From Piedraia hortae CBS 480.64 (lineage: Eukaryota), in contig MU005972.1 in the NCBI GenBank assembly GCA_010093745.1, positions 1 to 64,000 of the forward strand: a DNA stretch of 64,000 nucleotides, in the 5' to 3' direction. The notes under the pieces are model-generated. The model did not search any database. It was not told the DNA's origin and saw only the letters and a program-made list of their open reading frames with translations. The position numbers were made by a program, and so were the translations under genes. Below, in pieces: positions 43,145 through 54,064 of this stretch (position 1 is its first letter; each line of letters starts with the position of its first letter).

Positions 43145-44056
43145 CTACCAGTTGACGTTCCTCCTGACGCGAGTGTTTCCTCCTCTGGACTGCTTCATTA
43201 CCATAAAAAGCATGACGCTCGTTGCGAGACTGAGCGAGAACCAGGTGAAGATGTACTGCGTATGGTTATTCCGCAAATTGACCTCGGCCGGTCTTCCGAT
43301 GGGAATGCCCTTGTCGATGCGGCGATAACCTTCGAGGAGGTCGGGAGACATGACCTCTTCCACCCATATTGGCTGTGCGTGGGCGTGATCTGCCATCTGT
43401 TTTACATCGGGAAAGTACCAGCTGCCCTCGTCGGGTTTGTTGGCGGGCGTGAACATGTTCTTCTTCCAAGGCGCCCGCAAAAGGCCCATTACCTGCACCT
43501 CTCCTTGTGGAAGGCCTTCTGGTCGGGCGGATTGCTGTGCTTTCTCCTTGGGTATCCATCCTCTACACACCAGAATGGTGCTGCCATCCTTGCGTTTCAA
43601 TGGCGTGATGACCAAGTACCCGTTGTCGCCATCTCTAAGTCTGGGCCCGAGCAGCATCTCTCGGTCATGGCAATAGCGTCCCTTGGCAGTAACTATGCGG
43701 TAATCGAACTCATCGAGAGCAGTAGGGTCGACATGAGGTGGGAGCGGCAATGGCTCCCGTTGCAGTCGATGTTCGTACTTTGCGATGAGGTTCGTCTTCC
43801 ATTCCAAACGCTTGACTTGCCAGCAACCAAGCGCAAAGGCAGTGACCGGAATGGCAGCGAGGAGTGTCAGGCCAAGAAGAGAGTGCTTTCTTCCAGAGCG
43901 AACAAGTGTGGGCGGATTGTCGACGATGGAGGTGAAGTTTGGGTTGTCTGCTGGATTACTTGTTGACTGATTCCTTAGCCCCGGACGTTTGAATGATAAA
44001 CTGTCCCTACTACTTGGCCCAAAGGCCCGACGCAACAAAAGACGCGAGGCTTCCAT
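43145..44056 (-). CDS. SHY1: SURF1/Shy1 cytochrome c oxidase assembly factor
   Basis: AFALGCWQVKRLEWK, LVCRGWIP and LRNNHTQYIFTWFSL. Confidence 0.95.
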   Translation of the reverse strand: MEASRLLLRRAFGPSSRDSLSFKRPGLRNQSTSNPADNPNFTSIVDNPPTLVRSGRKHSLLGLTLLAAIPVTAFALGCWQVKRLEWKTNLIAKYEHRLQREPLPLPPHVDPTALDEFDYRIVTAKGRYCHDREMLLGPRLRDGDNGYLVITPLKRKDGSTILVCRGWIPKEKAQQSARPEGLPQGEVQVMGLLRAPWKKNMFTPANKPDEGSWYFPDVKQMADHAHAQPIWVEEVMSPDLLEGYRRIDKGIPIGRPAEVNLRNNHTQYIFTWFSLSLATSVMLFMVMKQSRGGNTRVRRNVNW

Positions 44057-44184
44057 GGTCCGATGAAGTGTCGTCGGCTAGCGGCTCCATATATGCGGGA
44101 GCGGGAACATAAGGTCCGGGCCGCCGGATGCGGGGGCGCCACATTGCAAGGGTCTCGAGGCAAATCCGACTTCTCGCATGTACC

Positions 44185-45492
44185 ATGTTTTACAACGGAG
44201 ACCTCAGATCGGGCATTTCCGCTGCCATTCAAGAGCGCAAAAGTGTTGTGTGTTTTGTGGATGACAGCTCGGATGAAGCACAACTGTGGGAGACTTCCTG
44301 GCTCCCACAAGTTGTTGACGATTCGAACGCTCAGAAATGCGTTCTATTGAAGTTGCAGGTGGGAAGCCAGGAAGCTCGGTTCCTCGAGGCGTTCCTGACC
44401 ATTGAACATACCCCGATGCTGGTTACTATCCTGAATGGTAAGGTTCTTGGTGAGCTGCATAGTGGCATTTCTCAGGATGAGTTTAAAAATCAACTTTGCG
44501 CCATGCTGGGGCCGGAAGAAGGCCTGCTATCGCAGCAAGAAGGGACCGCAGAACAGGTAGAGGTGCAGCAGGCAGCGACCGCCGAACAAGCAGACGCAGA
44601 CTCTGCAAGCACAGCAACAGGTGTAAATGGCCTCTTCCCAGAACGCGCGCAGCGTATGGCTGCGGAGAAGGCTGCGCGTGAAGCTGCCGAGAAAGCGCCA
44701 CTCGAAAAGCGCCAAGCCGCGCGAAAAGGAGAACCCAAATTGGCCTCTGCTCGCATAAGCAATGATAGCGCGCGCGAGACGTGGATAACCGAGCAGAAGA
44801 AGGCGAAGGAAGAGAACAAACGTGCGCGGGCGCGAATCCTAGCTCAGATTCAATCCGACAAAGCTGACCGTCGCGCAAAAGCGGAAGCCGTCAAGAACAC
44901 AGTTGCTCCCTCGACACTGAAGTCGAAGGTTCCACAACTACCCACAACGATGGGGAGCAGTTGCAGCCTCCAGGTGCGCCTCTTCGATGGGTCATCCATT
45001 CGCAAGAACTTCTCTAGTTCGTCACAGATCGATCCAGATGTGCGGAGCTGGATTGCAGAGCTTACCTCGCAGAATGGAGTCGACTCCAAAGTGGCTTATA
45101 CATTCAGACAAATCCGCACTCCACTTCCAGCACGCGATATCGATACCGGCGAAGAGCGTAAAACCCTGGCAGACATCGGCTTAACGCCATCTGCAACGTT
45201 AATCATGGTCCCCATAGCAAGTGCGGTTGGTGCCTATCCTTCGCCCTCGGGGGCAGTGGGCATTCTTGGCGCATTAGGTGGGTTGGCGAGGTCGCTCTGG
45301 GAGAGTATGCCCAGTTTTACAAACCCTCGAGCGGCTACAGCAGGGACGGCTGCTACGGCAAACGATGGAGAAGCTTCAAAGATCACGACAAAACAGGGTG
45401 CAAATGGTGACGACAGGCCAGCCGAGTTCTATAACGGAAACTCATCGGCTACGCAGGGAAGAAACGATGACGACGACGATGAGACCAAGTAG
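44185..45492 (+). CDS. UBX-domain Cdc48 cofactor (UBXN4/Ubx7-like)
   Basis: N-terminal thioredoxin-like MFYNGDLRSGI, a coiled coil, UBX motif LQVRLFDGSSIR...GLTPSATL, and C-terminal FYNGNS. Confidence 0.88.
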   Translation: MFYNGDLRSGISAAIQERKSVVCFVDDSSDEAQLWETSWLPQVVDDSNAQKCVLLKLQVGSQEARFLEAFLTIEHTPMLVTILNGKVLGELHSGISQDEFKNQLCAMLGPEEGLLSQQEGTAEQVEVQQAATAEQADADSASTATGVNGLFPERAQRMAAEKAAREAAEKAPLEKRQAARKGEPKLASARISNDSARETWITEQKKAKEENKRARARILAQIQSDKADRRAKAEAVKNTVAPSTLKSKVPQLPTTMGSSCSLQVRLFDGSSIRKNFSSSSQIDPDVRSWIAELTSQNGVDSKVAYTFRQIRTPLPARDIDTGEERKTLADIGLTPSATLIMVPIASAVGAYPSPSGAVGILGALGGLARSLWESMPSFTNPRAATAGTAATANDGEASKITTKQGANGDDRPAEFYNGNSSATQGRNDDDDDETK

Positions 45493-45765
45493 AGCAAGAT
45501 AGCGGTGCCCGATTAACCCTCGATGATTCAATTGTGTATGGAGTACAACTGGTATCAATCCTGCCTTTGTCTGGTTCGTTTGTTCCCATGGCTGCAAAAC
45601 CTGGGTCGATTTCTGGTGGACACAACTGTTTCTACTGCATCAAAAAGATTGATGCAAGTTGGCGTGCCTCGAGGCTAGGTATTAGAACACAGTATGTGCG
45701 TTCGACAAACTTTCTAGAACTTAGTACACGGCAGAATCGAAAAGAAAAAGGTTGCTACATGAAGA

Positions 45766-47324
45766 TCAAGATGCAGCCACGGGCTTCTTGTCATCTGTGG
45801 GCTGCTGGATACGGGCCATCATCTCTTCCTTCGTAATTAGGTGATCGATGCGCTCCAACAGGCCTAGGAGAGCCTTCATGTTGGCCGACCATTCATTGAG
45901 CACCTCATCAGCGTCTCGCTTCGCCTCGAAACTGACAACCTGCTCTGGCCGATTAATGCGGGCGTAAATTGTTTTGTTGGTAACGAGATCAGAGATGTAC
46001 TTCTCCGTCTCAGCCGCCGACAGATCCAGCAGCGCCGTCAGCCGCGGAAATGTGATGCGCGTGTAGTACTTTGCGATGACGCGCACGTTGTGCTCGATGA
46101 CGCGCTTGCGGAGGTCAAGCCAGCGCTGGTGCGCTTTGTCATCCTTGGCGCCCTTTCCACCCTTGGCTTCACTTTCCTGCGCCGAAAACACATCGGTGCT
46201 GGTCAGATGAGCGCCAAAGTTGGACTCAATCGACGGCCAGCGCATGAGTTCAGGCTGTGTGAAGAGCTTTAGCAACTGGCCATCCTTGGGACACATCGTG
46301 CCGATGCGACTGTCTTGGGCCACGCGGTGCAGCAGATCCGACTGTTCGTTGTCGTACGGCGCCAACAGCACGTAGTAGATTATGCGCTGCAGCGTCTGCC
46401 GGCACTCGTCTGCGTCGTCCTCCACGGCATCGGTATCGAGCAGCTGGCGGTAGTCTTTGCAGGCGTCAAGGTATTTGCTGTCGTGCTTGGCCAGTGCGAT
46501 CTGCTGGCCGTAGTAGCGGAGCTTTAGACCCGTCACGTCGTCATCGGCCTCAACCGTCTCGCCGACTTCGGTGCCTGCGTTCTTCCGCGCCTTTTCCTCG
46601 CGCTGCTCCTTCTGCTTCTGCGCCTCTTCGGCCGACAGCTTCGGCTTTCGTGCAAAGTACCTTGTGTTGATCTTGCGGCCGAGGATGGCGGCCTGCGTCC
46701 AGTCATCGTTCTCGATGCACAGCTCGACCTGATCCAGGATGAAGCCCGTCTTTTCTCGCCGGCTCATTGACCCAAACGTCTCGACTTGCAGCTCACACAG
46801 AACATCGGCTGCGGCCTTGATGTCGCCCTGCTGCTTCCTCATGTCTGCCAGAACGCGCGTCACCCGCGCCCTCTCAACCTCAACGAAGATCTAATGGCTG
46901 TCAGCCCACTTCCATACTACCCACCCGGCTCCACATTTACCTTGCCCTCGGTCACCGTCCGCAGCGTCTCAATCACGCTGGTCTTGACCTCGACATTCGG
47001 CGTGTCGTCCAGGAAGCCAATAACAGTCTGTACCATCTTCGTAATGGCCTGTTTGAGCTGCGAATGCTTCTTGCTGAGCAGCTGCACCTGTTCGTTCAGC
47101 AGGTCCCAGTCGCCTGCATCTTTGCATATTGTCACTATCTCAACCAGCAATCTGCTGGTCGACGGGAGGTCCGACGCCTGGCGAGTCTGCTTCTCCAGCG
47201 CCAGCAGTTTGTCGACGGCCGCCGACGTCTGGCCCAGCGCCGCCACCGACCGCGCCTCCGGGAGGACAGCGTCAACCTCCTTGGTATAGTCCCGGATTGC
47301 CTTGATGATCGATCCGTCTGCCAT
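45766..47324 (-). CDS. RPN5: 26S proteasome lid subunit Rpn5; intron 46940-46891
   Basis: LEKQTRQASD, TLRTVTEGK|IFVEVERAR, ELQVETFGSM and PCI domain RVIEHNVRVI. Confidence 0.96.
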
Positions 47325-47459
47325 GCTGAAAGTGGCTTCCACGCAAGCGCTTGGAAGTGAGGTGGCGCCCGACCTAACCCTACGAAGTCTGTAACGGAAA
47401 TATTCCGAACAATCATGTGTGACCGACGTCACCCTCCAGCCGTTGGAAGATAGCGGCAG

Positions 47460-49379
47460 ATGGCCAATGCGATTGGCACAAACCTACCGTCCAGTCAGCT
47501 TCGTCGCATTCGAGCCACCACCTTTGCGAGAACTTTCGCATGCCAACATAAACCTCTTCGCGCCTTTGGGGCCAGTGTATCGCCTAGGAAGGCGGAGAGC
47601 ATATCCAAAAGTGTCGCCTCGAAACCACAATGCACAAGGAAATATACGACTGAAAATGTGATAAAAGATGCGGAAAAGGACTGGGGTGAACGGGTAGAAG
47701 TGGTCTTTTCCAGCGAGATTGACGAGAACTTGGCCCGGGCATTGAGGGAGGCCCAGTCGAGTGACTTGACCGACGAGAAAATAATCGCGCAAACACGAGA
47801 AGAGGAGCAAGAGAGGAGCAAGAAAACCTTGCGGGCCGCGTGGAAGAAGTTACATCGACTTGGAACAGATTCTCAAATCGCTTTGCCAAGAGATTCCTTC
47901 CAGAGTCCTTCTGAGGAGCTTTTAAGCCGTACAGCACCAGCACACATAAGGGACGCTGCTCACAGAGCTCTTGGCGGCACTGGGTTACCCTACAGTGCTT
48001 CCACTCCGGTGATTGGCAGGACCATGCAGCAGAAACCAATTCCCTTAACCGCGACACAGTCCCATATGAGTCCCATAGAGGGCGACATATTCCTAGCCAC
48101 AATCATGCCCCCAGTGTACGCCTCTGTGTTGACCGCCTTGGCTGACACACGACGGAGGTTAGGGAGCTCGTGGGGAGAGGGTCTGGTTGCTAAAGCATTG
48201 GCGGGTAAGCTGCGCATTCTGGACGCTGGCGGTGGTGGTACTGGCGTTTTTGCCGTTCGTGAAATCCTACGTGCTGAGTGGGAACGAATGCGTGATAATG
48301 GCTCTGCCATGTCCGCCGGTGCCCACCCCATGGGCCATGCTACAGTCGTGGCGGGTTCAAAAGCCCTGCGTAGCCGCGCAAGCCATCTTTTAGAAAACAC
48401 GGCCTTTATACCCCATCTTCCTCTGAACACGACCAACTCACCGATAAAGAGCCAATTTGATATAATCGTTGCGCCACATACGCTGTGGCCGCTTGAAGCC
48501 GAGTATCTTCGCAAGCGTCACGTCATCAACTTGTGGTCTTTGTTGAACCCGCAAGGTGGTCTCCTTGTTCTGCTCGAGAAAGGCGTAAACCGCGGATTCG
48601 AGTGTGTAGCCGGTGCTCGAGACGAGCTCCTGGAAAAGCGAATTTCATCAGATGCAACAAATGAAGACGTAAATGCGAAGCCTGCGGTCAAACCTGAAGA
48701 TAAACTTGGCAGTCCTACAAAGTGGAATGAGCCGGGAATGATTGTGGGCCCTTGCACAAACCACGCCAGTTGCCCCATGTACTCTCACAAAGGGCTGGTC
48801 AAAGGCCGAAAAGACATATGCCACTTCCAGGCAAGGTACACCAGGCCAAACTATCTCCAGCGGGTGCTGAACGCTTCTGCCAAGAATTGGGAGGATGTCA
48901 AGTTCTCTTACCTAGCCGCCATGCGAGGCCTAGATTTGCGACAGTCGACCGCCAAAGGTCAGGCTGCAGCTGTCGAACAGGGGCCAAAGGCAACTGATCG
49001 AGCCTTTGCAGGCTTTGAGGGTCAGCCTTCTCTCCCGCATTCGCTCAATCTTCCACGAGCCATTCGGCCCCCTCTGATAAAAATGCGCCATGCCATTATC
49101 GATCTCTGCACACCATCTGGTACATTCGAAAGATGGATTGTACCAAAATCGCAGAGGTGGGCTTATCGCGCTGCACGCAAAGCAGAATGGGGTCAGCTTT
49201 GGGCTTACGGTGCTCAGACTCGCACTCCTGGTCGAATTCAGGTAGTGAACAAGCACGTCCGTAGACGTGAGCAAGCAGAAAATCAAGAAAACCAAAGGAC
49301 GGGCAAAGAGGCAAGGGATGTTCAGCCTCGAGACCTGTTTGACGTCGACGAAACCGGTTACCTTGTGAGGGATTCCTAG
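47460..49379 (+). CDS. RSM22: Mitochondrial small ribosomal subunit methyltransferase-like protein Rsm22
   Basis: ILDAGGGGTG SAM-binding-like motif, LLEKG...GFECVAGAR, GPCTNHASCP, and ERWIVPKSQ..YRAARKAEWG. Confidence 0.88.
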   Translation: MANAIGTNLPSSQLRRIRATTFARTFACQHKPLRAFGASVSPRKAESISKSVASKPQCTRKYTTENVIKDAEKDWGERVEVVFSSEIDENLARALREAQSSDLTDEKIIAQTREEEQERSKKTLRAAWKKLHRLGTDSQIALPRDSFQSPSEELLSRTAPAHIRDAAHRALGGTGLPYSASTPVIGRTMQQKPIPLTATQSHMSPIEGDIFLATIMPPVYASVLTALADTRRRLGSSWGEGLVAKALAGKLRILDAGGGGTGVFAVREILRAEWERMRDNGSAMSAGAHPMGHATVVAGSKALRSRASHLLENTAFIPHLPLNTTNSPIKSQFDIIVAPHTLWPLEAEYLRKRHVINLWSLLNPQGGLLVLLEKGVNRGFECVAGARDELLEKRISSDATNEDVNAKPAVKPEDKLGSPTKWNEPGMIVGPCTNHASCPMYSHKGLVKGRKDICHFQARYTRPNYLQRVLNASAKNWEDVKFSYLAAMRGLDLRQSTAKGQAAAVEQGPKATDRAFAGFEGQPSLPHSLNLPRAIRPPLIKMRHAIIDLCTPSGTFERWIVPKSQRWAYRAARKAEWGQLWAYGAQTRTPGRIQVVNKHVRRREQAENQENQRTGKEARDVQPRDLFDVDETGYLVRDS

Positions 49380-49799
49380 CTTACGACGACTTTTGCGTGT
49401 AAGATCATGTGAACAGTAGATAAAACTAAAGAACTTTGAGCTGAGGGAAGATACTTTCTCCGGAACCAGACCACCGGGTAGTCGGCTTATACGATATACC
49501 AGTGTTTCCAAGGACGAACAAGATAGACTCCAAGCACAGTGATGCTCGATCAAACAAGATGACTGCTTGGTTTTAGACGATGGGACTTCAATTTTAGGTA
49601 CTGTTAAAATGGCACTTAGCATGGAGAACGTGCGCCTTAACTGTTTGTTTGTTCTTTGGGTGACGTCTGGAGTCGCCTGGGCTTGTGACTTGTGGTGGGG
49701 CATTCTGTACAAAGAAGGTTTAGCGAGTGCCAAGACCCTTCCACCGCCAATTCTCAACACCTCCAGGCACCGCAACACTGACACGAACTCGTCGCAACA

Positions 49800-50231
49800 A
49801 TGAGTACGGACACTGCGATGTGCAAAGGAGAAACTAATGCAATGTAGCGAAGGGAACGTCCAGCTTTGGCAAACGCCATAACAAAACGCACGTCCTGTGC
49901 CGCCGCTGCGGTAAGCGTGCTCAGCCTACGCCAGCAAAGCGACCGCTGATAGGTCTTAGGAAACCGTTCATACCACGTCCAGAAGAAGACCTGCGCGAAC
50001 TGCGGCTATCCCAGCGCCAGCATCCGCAAGTGTATGCATTTTTAGCCTTGATTTACTCGGAACATTGGCTAATGGATTTACGCAACAGACAACTGGGGCG
50101 AAAAGGCCAAGCGCAGAAAGACGACGGGCACCGGCCGCATGCGATCTCTGAAGTTGGTGCCACGAAAATTCAAGAATGGGTTTCGCACGGGAGCGCCGAA
50201 GAATGCTCGTGGACCGGCCAGCAACCAGTAG
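49800..50231 (+). CDS. RPL37: 60S ribosomal protein eL37; introns 49804-49847, 49911-49959 and 50032-50088
   Basis: The spliced product reads [40 protein letters not shown]...TTGTGRMR. Confidence 0.97.
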
Positions 50232-50344
50232 ATGTCGATAGCGAAAGCTGAGGCCTACGGTCCTCTTACGATTTTTCTATCCATGGCTGGGGTTATAGCC
50301 GCACCGAGGTGGGCGGTTGTTGAATGTACACGGCAGGCGCTCGG

Positions 50345-51076
50345 TCAATACGCAAAGAGTTCTGTCTCATTTACATCTTCTACATCATGCACACCGGCCA
50401 GGCGACTGGCTAAACGCTCCACTAATGCGATGCCCTCGTCAAGAGGCCGAGTGTTTGTGATGCCCTCTGCTACTAAGCTGGTGGTAAGCCTACCATCAAG
50501 TCCGCAGGCTTGGATGCGGGAGAACCAGCGCAAGTCGGTGGAGACGTTGAGACCGATGCCGTGACTTGAGATATGACGCCTGAGATGCAGGCCAAGAGCA
50601 CAAATCTTTTTGGTTTCGCTTCCTTCACATCGGATCCAGACGCCCGGATGGTTTGGCAGACGCGTGGGCTGTATGTTCCTATGTCGCGCACACGTTTCCA
50701 TGGCCGTCTCTTCAAGCATTCGCACGTAGTCGCGTGATGCGAGACGCAGTCGTCTTAGATCCAAGATTGGATAGGCCACTAACTGGCCTGGCCCGTGGAA
50801 CGTTGTCTGTCCGCCTCTTGCCGCTTCGTAGAATTCAGCTTGCTCTCCTCCATAACTTGCGCTGGTGAGATAGGCCTGTTGTTTGGCCGAAACGGTGCCA
50901 ATTTCACGGCGCCCGCAGGTGTAGACAGGATGAAACTCAGCCGTCAGGACCGTCGGCGGAACTGGCGGTGAGTGCAAAGGGTCGGCTTTATGAGCCAACA
51001 TGGCGCCAACAAGGCGCTGTTGCAGCTCATTTGCGTGGGCATAACTTGTTAATCCCAAATGTGCGTGTCGTAACAT
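50345..51076 (-). CDS. LIP2: Lipoyl(octanoyl) transferase LipB/Lip2
   Basis: PVYTCGRR, RGGQTTFHGPGQLVAYP, KICALG, HGIGLN and IQACG. Confidence 0.93.
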   Translation of the reverse strand: MLRHAHLGLTSYAHANELQQRLVGAMLAHKADPLHSPPVPPTVLTAEFHPVYTCGRREIGTVSAKQQAYLTSASYGGEQAEFYEAARGGQTTFHGPGQLVAYPILDLRRLRLASRDYVRMLEETAMETCARHRNIQPTRLPNHPGVWIRCEGSETKKICALGLHLRRHISSHGIGLNVSTDLRWFSRIQACGLDGRLTTSLVAEGITNTRPLDEGIALVERLASRLAGVHDVEDVNETELFAY

Positions 51077-51166
51077 CTTCCTCGCGCAAAACAATCTGCC
51101 GCGCAAGTTGCGGCGCTACCTGCCACACGACCAGCCGCAGCAATGGCCCGCGAAGGCAGCTCAATA

Positions 51167-51658
51167 ATGATGCCAGAAAGTAAGCAAAACGACTGATGTC
51201 CTTCTTCTCCAATCTAATGTCTTGTTGTAGACGCGACAGTGCACAAGAAGCCGCTGCATCGGCCGCCGATAGCCAACCCGTATGGACCGGACAAGGTGAT
51301 ATATGTTTCATCACGCACACCATTCATGTCTGCCGTGAAGAGGGTGGAGAAGCTGCTCGACACAAGCCACAACCAAGCTATTCAAAAATCGAGGAAGCGA
51401 AAGCTAGAGGATATGGCCAACGACGGCCCCCCTAACGAAAAAGTCACACTCAGAGGAACAGGAAAAGCTATAACACGTGTTTTGGACCTTGCACTTTGGT
51501 TTCAAGTACGAGGGGGACAGTACAAGACTCAGTTGAAGACAGATAGCATTGCTACCACTGACCGCCTGGAAAAGACTGGAAGTGATGAGGATGCAGAAGG
51601 GGGAGAAACAAAGCACCGGAATGTCAGCGTTCTCATACTAATTGTGTCTCTGAGATGA
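51167..51658 (+). CDS. POP7: RNase P/MRP subunit Pop7/Rpp20; intron 51180-51230
   Basis: IYVSSRTPFMSAVKRVEKLL, VTLRGTGKAITRVL and RNVSVL (Alba-like fold). Confidence 0.85.
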
Positions 51659-51856
51659 TGTAATCTCACTCAGCACGCAGCCAATTACCGGATGGTTTGA
51701 TAGATTCAGCTGCAACAGATAATTAGATGTATACGAGATTAGAACCGTTCATTCTATCAGCCAATCATGTGCCGGCATGATAGCCTTAGTTGACTTACCC
51801 CGCAATACGTGGGATGGATTCTGCGAAACCACCACCTCCACGCATGTGCAGACAAA

Positions 51857-52395
51857 ATGCAGCGAATAGAAGCTCGTGCTGAGGATCAAAACCAGGCGCT
51901 ACCTACCGGCTTTGCCTCTTCCGGGGCCACACCTCACGCGCAGAGTTTTGAAGAGATTTATGGCGTACCGGAGAATTTCCTGGAAATTGAGGTGCGTCCG
52001 AACAGTTGGCCTTGGTGCAAATACTGACGAGCCAGGTAACGGACCCTATCACCATACAGCCCACCCCTTCGGCCAGTTCGCGCTACACCACCTTCCTCAT
52101 TCGCCTTTCTACCAACATTCCCGCCTTCAAATTGCGCCGTTCCGAAGTGAGACGCCGCTACAGCGACTTTGAAGTCTTCCGAGACCTGCTGGAGCGGGAA
52201 TCTGTACGCGTCAGCATTCCGCCGCTGCCTGGCAAGGTTTATCTGAATCGTTTCGACGATGCCGTGATTGAAGAGCGGCGGCAAGGGCTCGAACGATTCC
52301 TCAAGATTGTCGTCGGCCATCCGTTGCTGCAGACCGGCAGTCGCGTGCTCGGCTCTTTTGTCCAGGACCCCAACTGGGACCGGCACGCCTGGTAG
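51857..52395 (+). CDS. SNX3: Sorting nexin 3 (PX domain); intron 51992-52035
   Basis: [34 protein letters not shown] and [11 protein letters not shown]. Confidence 0.95.
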
Positions 52396-52725
52396 AAGGC
52401 CTGTACACCCGGCTCAGAGGGACCAAAGTACTGAGGGGGAGGGGGCTGGTGATCCTATGTAGGATCCAACGACCTAATGCAATCCACCAATATCTTGTTT
52501 CCTGTTCATCCCGGTACATTCGCGAATACACAGCAACGAGACTTTTCGCAAATGTCATCCCAAAGTGTCAACTGTCATCCCATGTGGTTGGTTTCGTGGT
52601 GGGTCGACAGACGTCAGGCAAGGTTCGGGCCGTTAGCATCGCTTCGGGCCGCGCCGGTGAACCGACTTCAGGGCAAGATACATGCTCCCGACTACCTAGT
52701 AAAGTCACAAGAAGCTACCAGCGGC

Positions 52726-53901
52726 ATGTACAAAACTAGCCATCCAGATGAGGCAGACCGTAACAATGAGCGCAACGAGTACATACCCTCTTTCATAGCC
52801 AAAAAGCCCTTTTATGTGGACGACGCTACACAATCGCAAGATGACTATCTCGAGCACCAGCGCCTGCAATCGCAGAAGAATCACGATCCAATCGCTACAT
52901 CAGCATGGTACCAGCGGGGAGTCTCAACTGGTACAAAAGCCACAAAGTTCCGCAAAGGCGCGTGCGAGAACTGCGGCGCTATGGGCCACAAGGAGAAGGA
53001 TTGCCTGCAGCGCAAGCGGAAAAGGGGCGCCAGGTGGACAGGCCGTGACATAGCTGAAGATCGCGAGGCTCAGAACGTCAATCTTGGGTGGAATGCCAAA
53101 CGAGATAGGTGGAACGGGTTCGAGGCGAGTGATTACCAAGACATTGTGGGAGGCCTGAATGTCGCCAACGAGGAAGAGGCTGGCGACAAATATGAGGCAA
53201 ACGATACAGACGTCGGTAGGCAGAAAGCAGCGGCTTCCACACGAGCTCTTCGTCTGAGGGAGGACACTGCCAAGTATCTTCTCAACCTGGATGCGGATGG
53301 GGAAGATTATGACCCAAAAACACGCTCTATGGCCGACAAACCCGCAAACGAGTCCCTTGCAGACGAGGGCTTCCAACGGGAGTCAGGCGACGCGGCCGAG
53401 TTTGAGCGGGCGCAACGTTACGCATGGGAAACCCAAAAGCGCGATGACGCGGACACGATACACTTACAAGCCAATCCCACCGAAGCACAAATCAAACGCA
53501 AGCGGAAAGCAGACGAGGATCTCCGAAAAGCAGCGGAGAAGAAAAAGGCGTTGATAGATAAATACGGTGATCAGTCCGCTGTGCGGGCGAAACCAACTGC
53601 CATACCGGCAAGTAATGACGTGTTTGTCGAATACGATGAGCATGGCCGGATCAAGGGACAAAAGGAAGCTGTCCAAAAGTCAATGTACCCGCAGGATGTA
53701 CTGATCAATAATCACACTGCAGTGTGGGGATCTTGGTGGAAGGACTTTAAGTGGGGCTACAAATGCTGCCATAGCATTGTCAAGAACTCGTTTTGTACGG
53801 GTGAAACTGGGAAATTGGCCTTAGCCGAGGCTGAAGAGTTTTCTAGGCTAGATAGAGCTTTGGGTGATGAGGATGATCAGGAGGAGCGAAAGCAGGTGTA
53901 A
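52726..53901 (+). CDS. SLU7: Pre-mRNA splicing factor Slu7
   Basis: RNEYIPSFI, zinc knuckle GACENCGAMGHKEKDC, LRLREDTAKYL and NHTAVWGSWW...WGYKCCH. Confidence 0.95.
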   Translation: MYKTSHPDEADRNNERNEYIPSFIAKKPFYVDDATQSQDDYLEHQRLQSQKNHDPIATSAWYQRGVSTGTKATKFRKGACENCGAMGHKEKDCLQRKRKRGARWTGRDIAEDREAQNVNLGWNAKRDRWNGFEASDYQDIVGGLNVANEEEAGDKYEANDTDVGRQKAAASTRALRLREDTAKYLLNLDADGEDYDPKTRSMADKPANESLADEGFQRESGDAAEFERAQRYAWETQKRDDADTIHLQANPTEAQIKRKRKADEDLRKAAEKKKALIDKYGDQSAVRAKPTAIPASNDVFVEYDEHGRIKGQKEAVQKSMYPQDVLINNHTAVWGSWWKDFKWGYKCCHSIVKNSFCTGETGKLALAEAEEFSRLDRALGDEDDQEERKQV

Positions 53902-54064
53902 ATTTGATGTCAAAAAATGACCCCTAATTCGATCAATGATGATGTCAACGGAAGCAAACGTGCACATGAAAAGACGGTGAAGCTTGGCAAGGCGTCATAA
54001 TACAAGCAACCACTTTCAATCAAAAACAAAGCTTGTCATATCCATCAATCGTAGATACATTATT

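Noticed and set aside
42980..43966. 328-aa plus-strand ORF
   Set aside because: It is an antisense shadow of SHY1 with no domain features.
48930..49784. 284-aa minus-strand ORF
   Set aside because: It overlaps RSM22 antisense and the RPL37 promoter, has a non-ATG start and shows no motifs.
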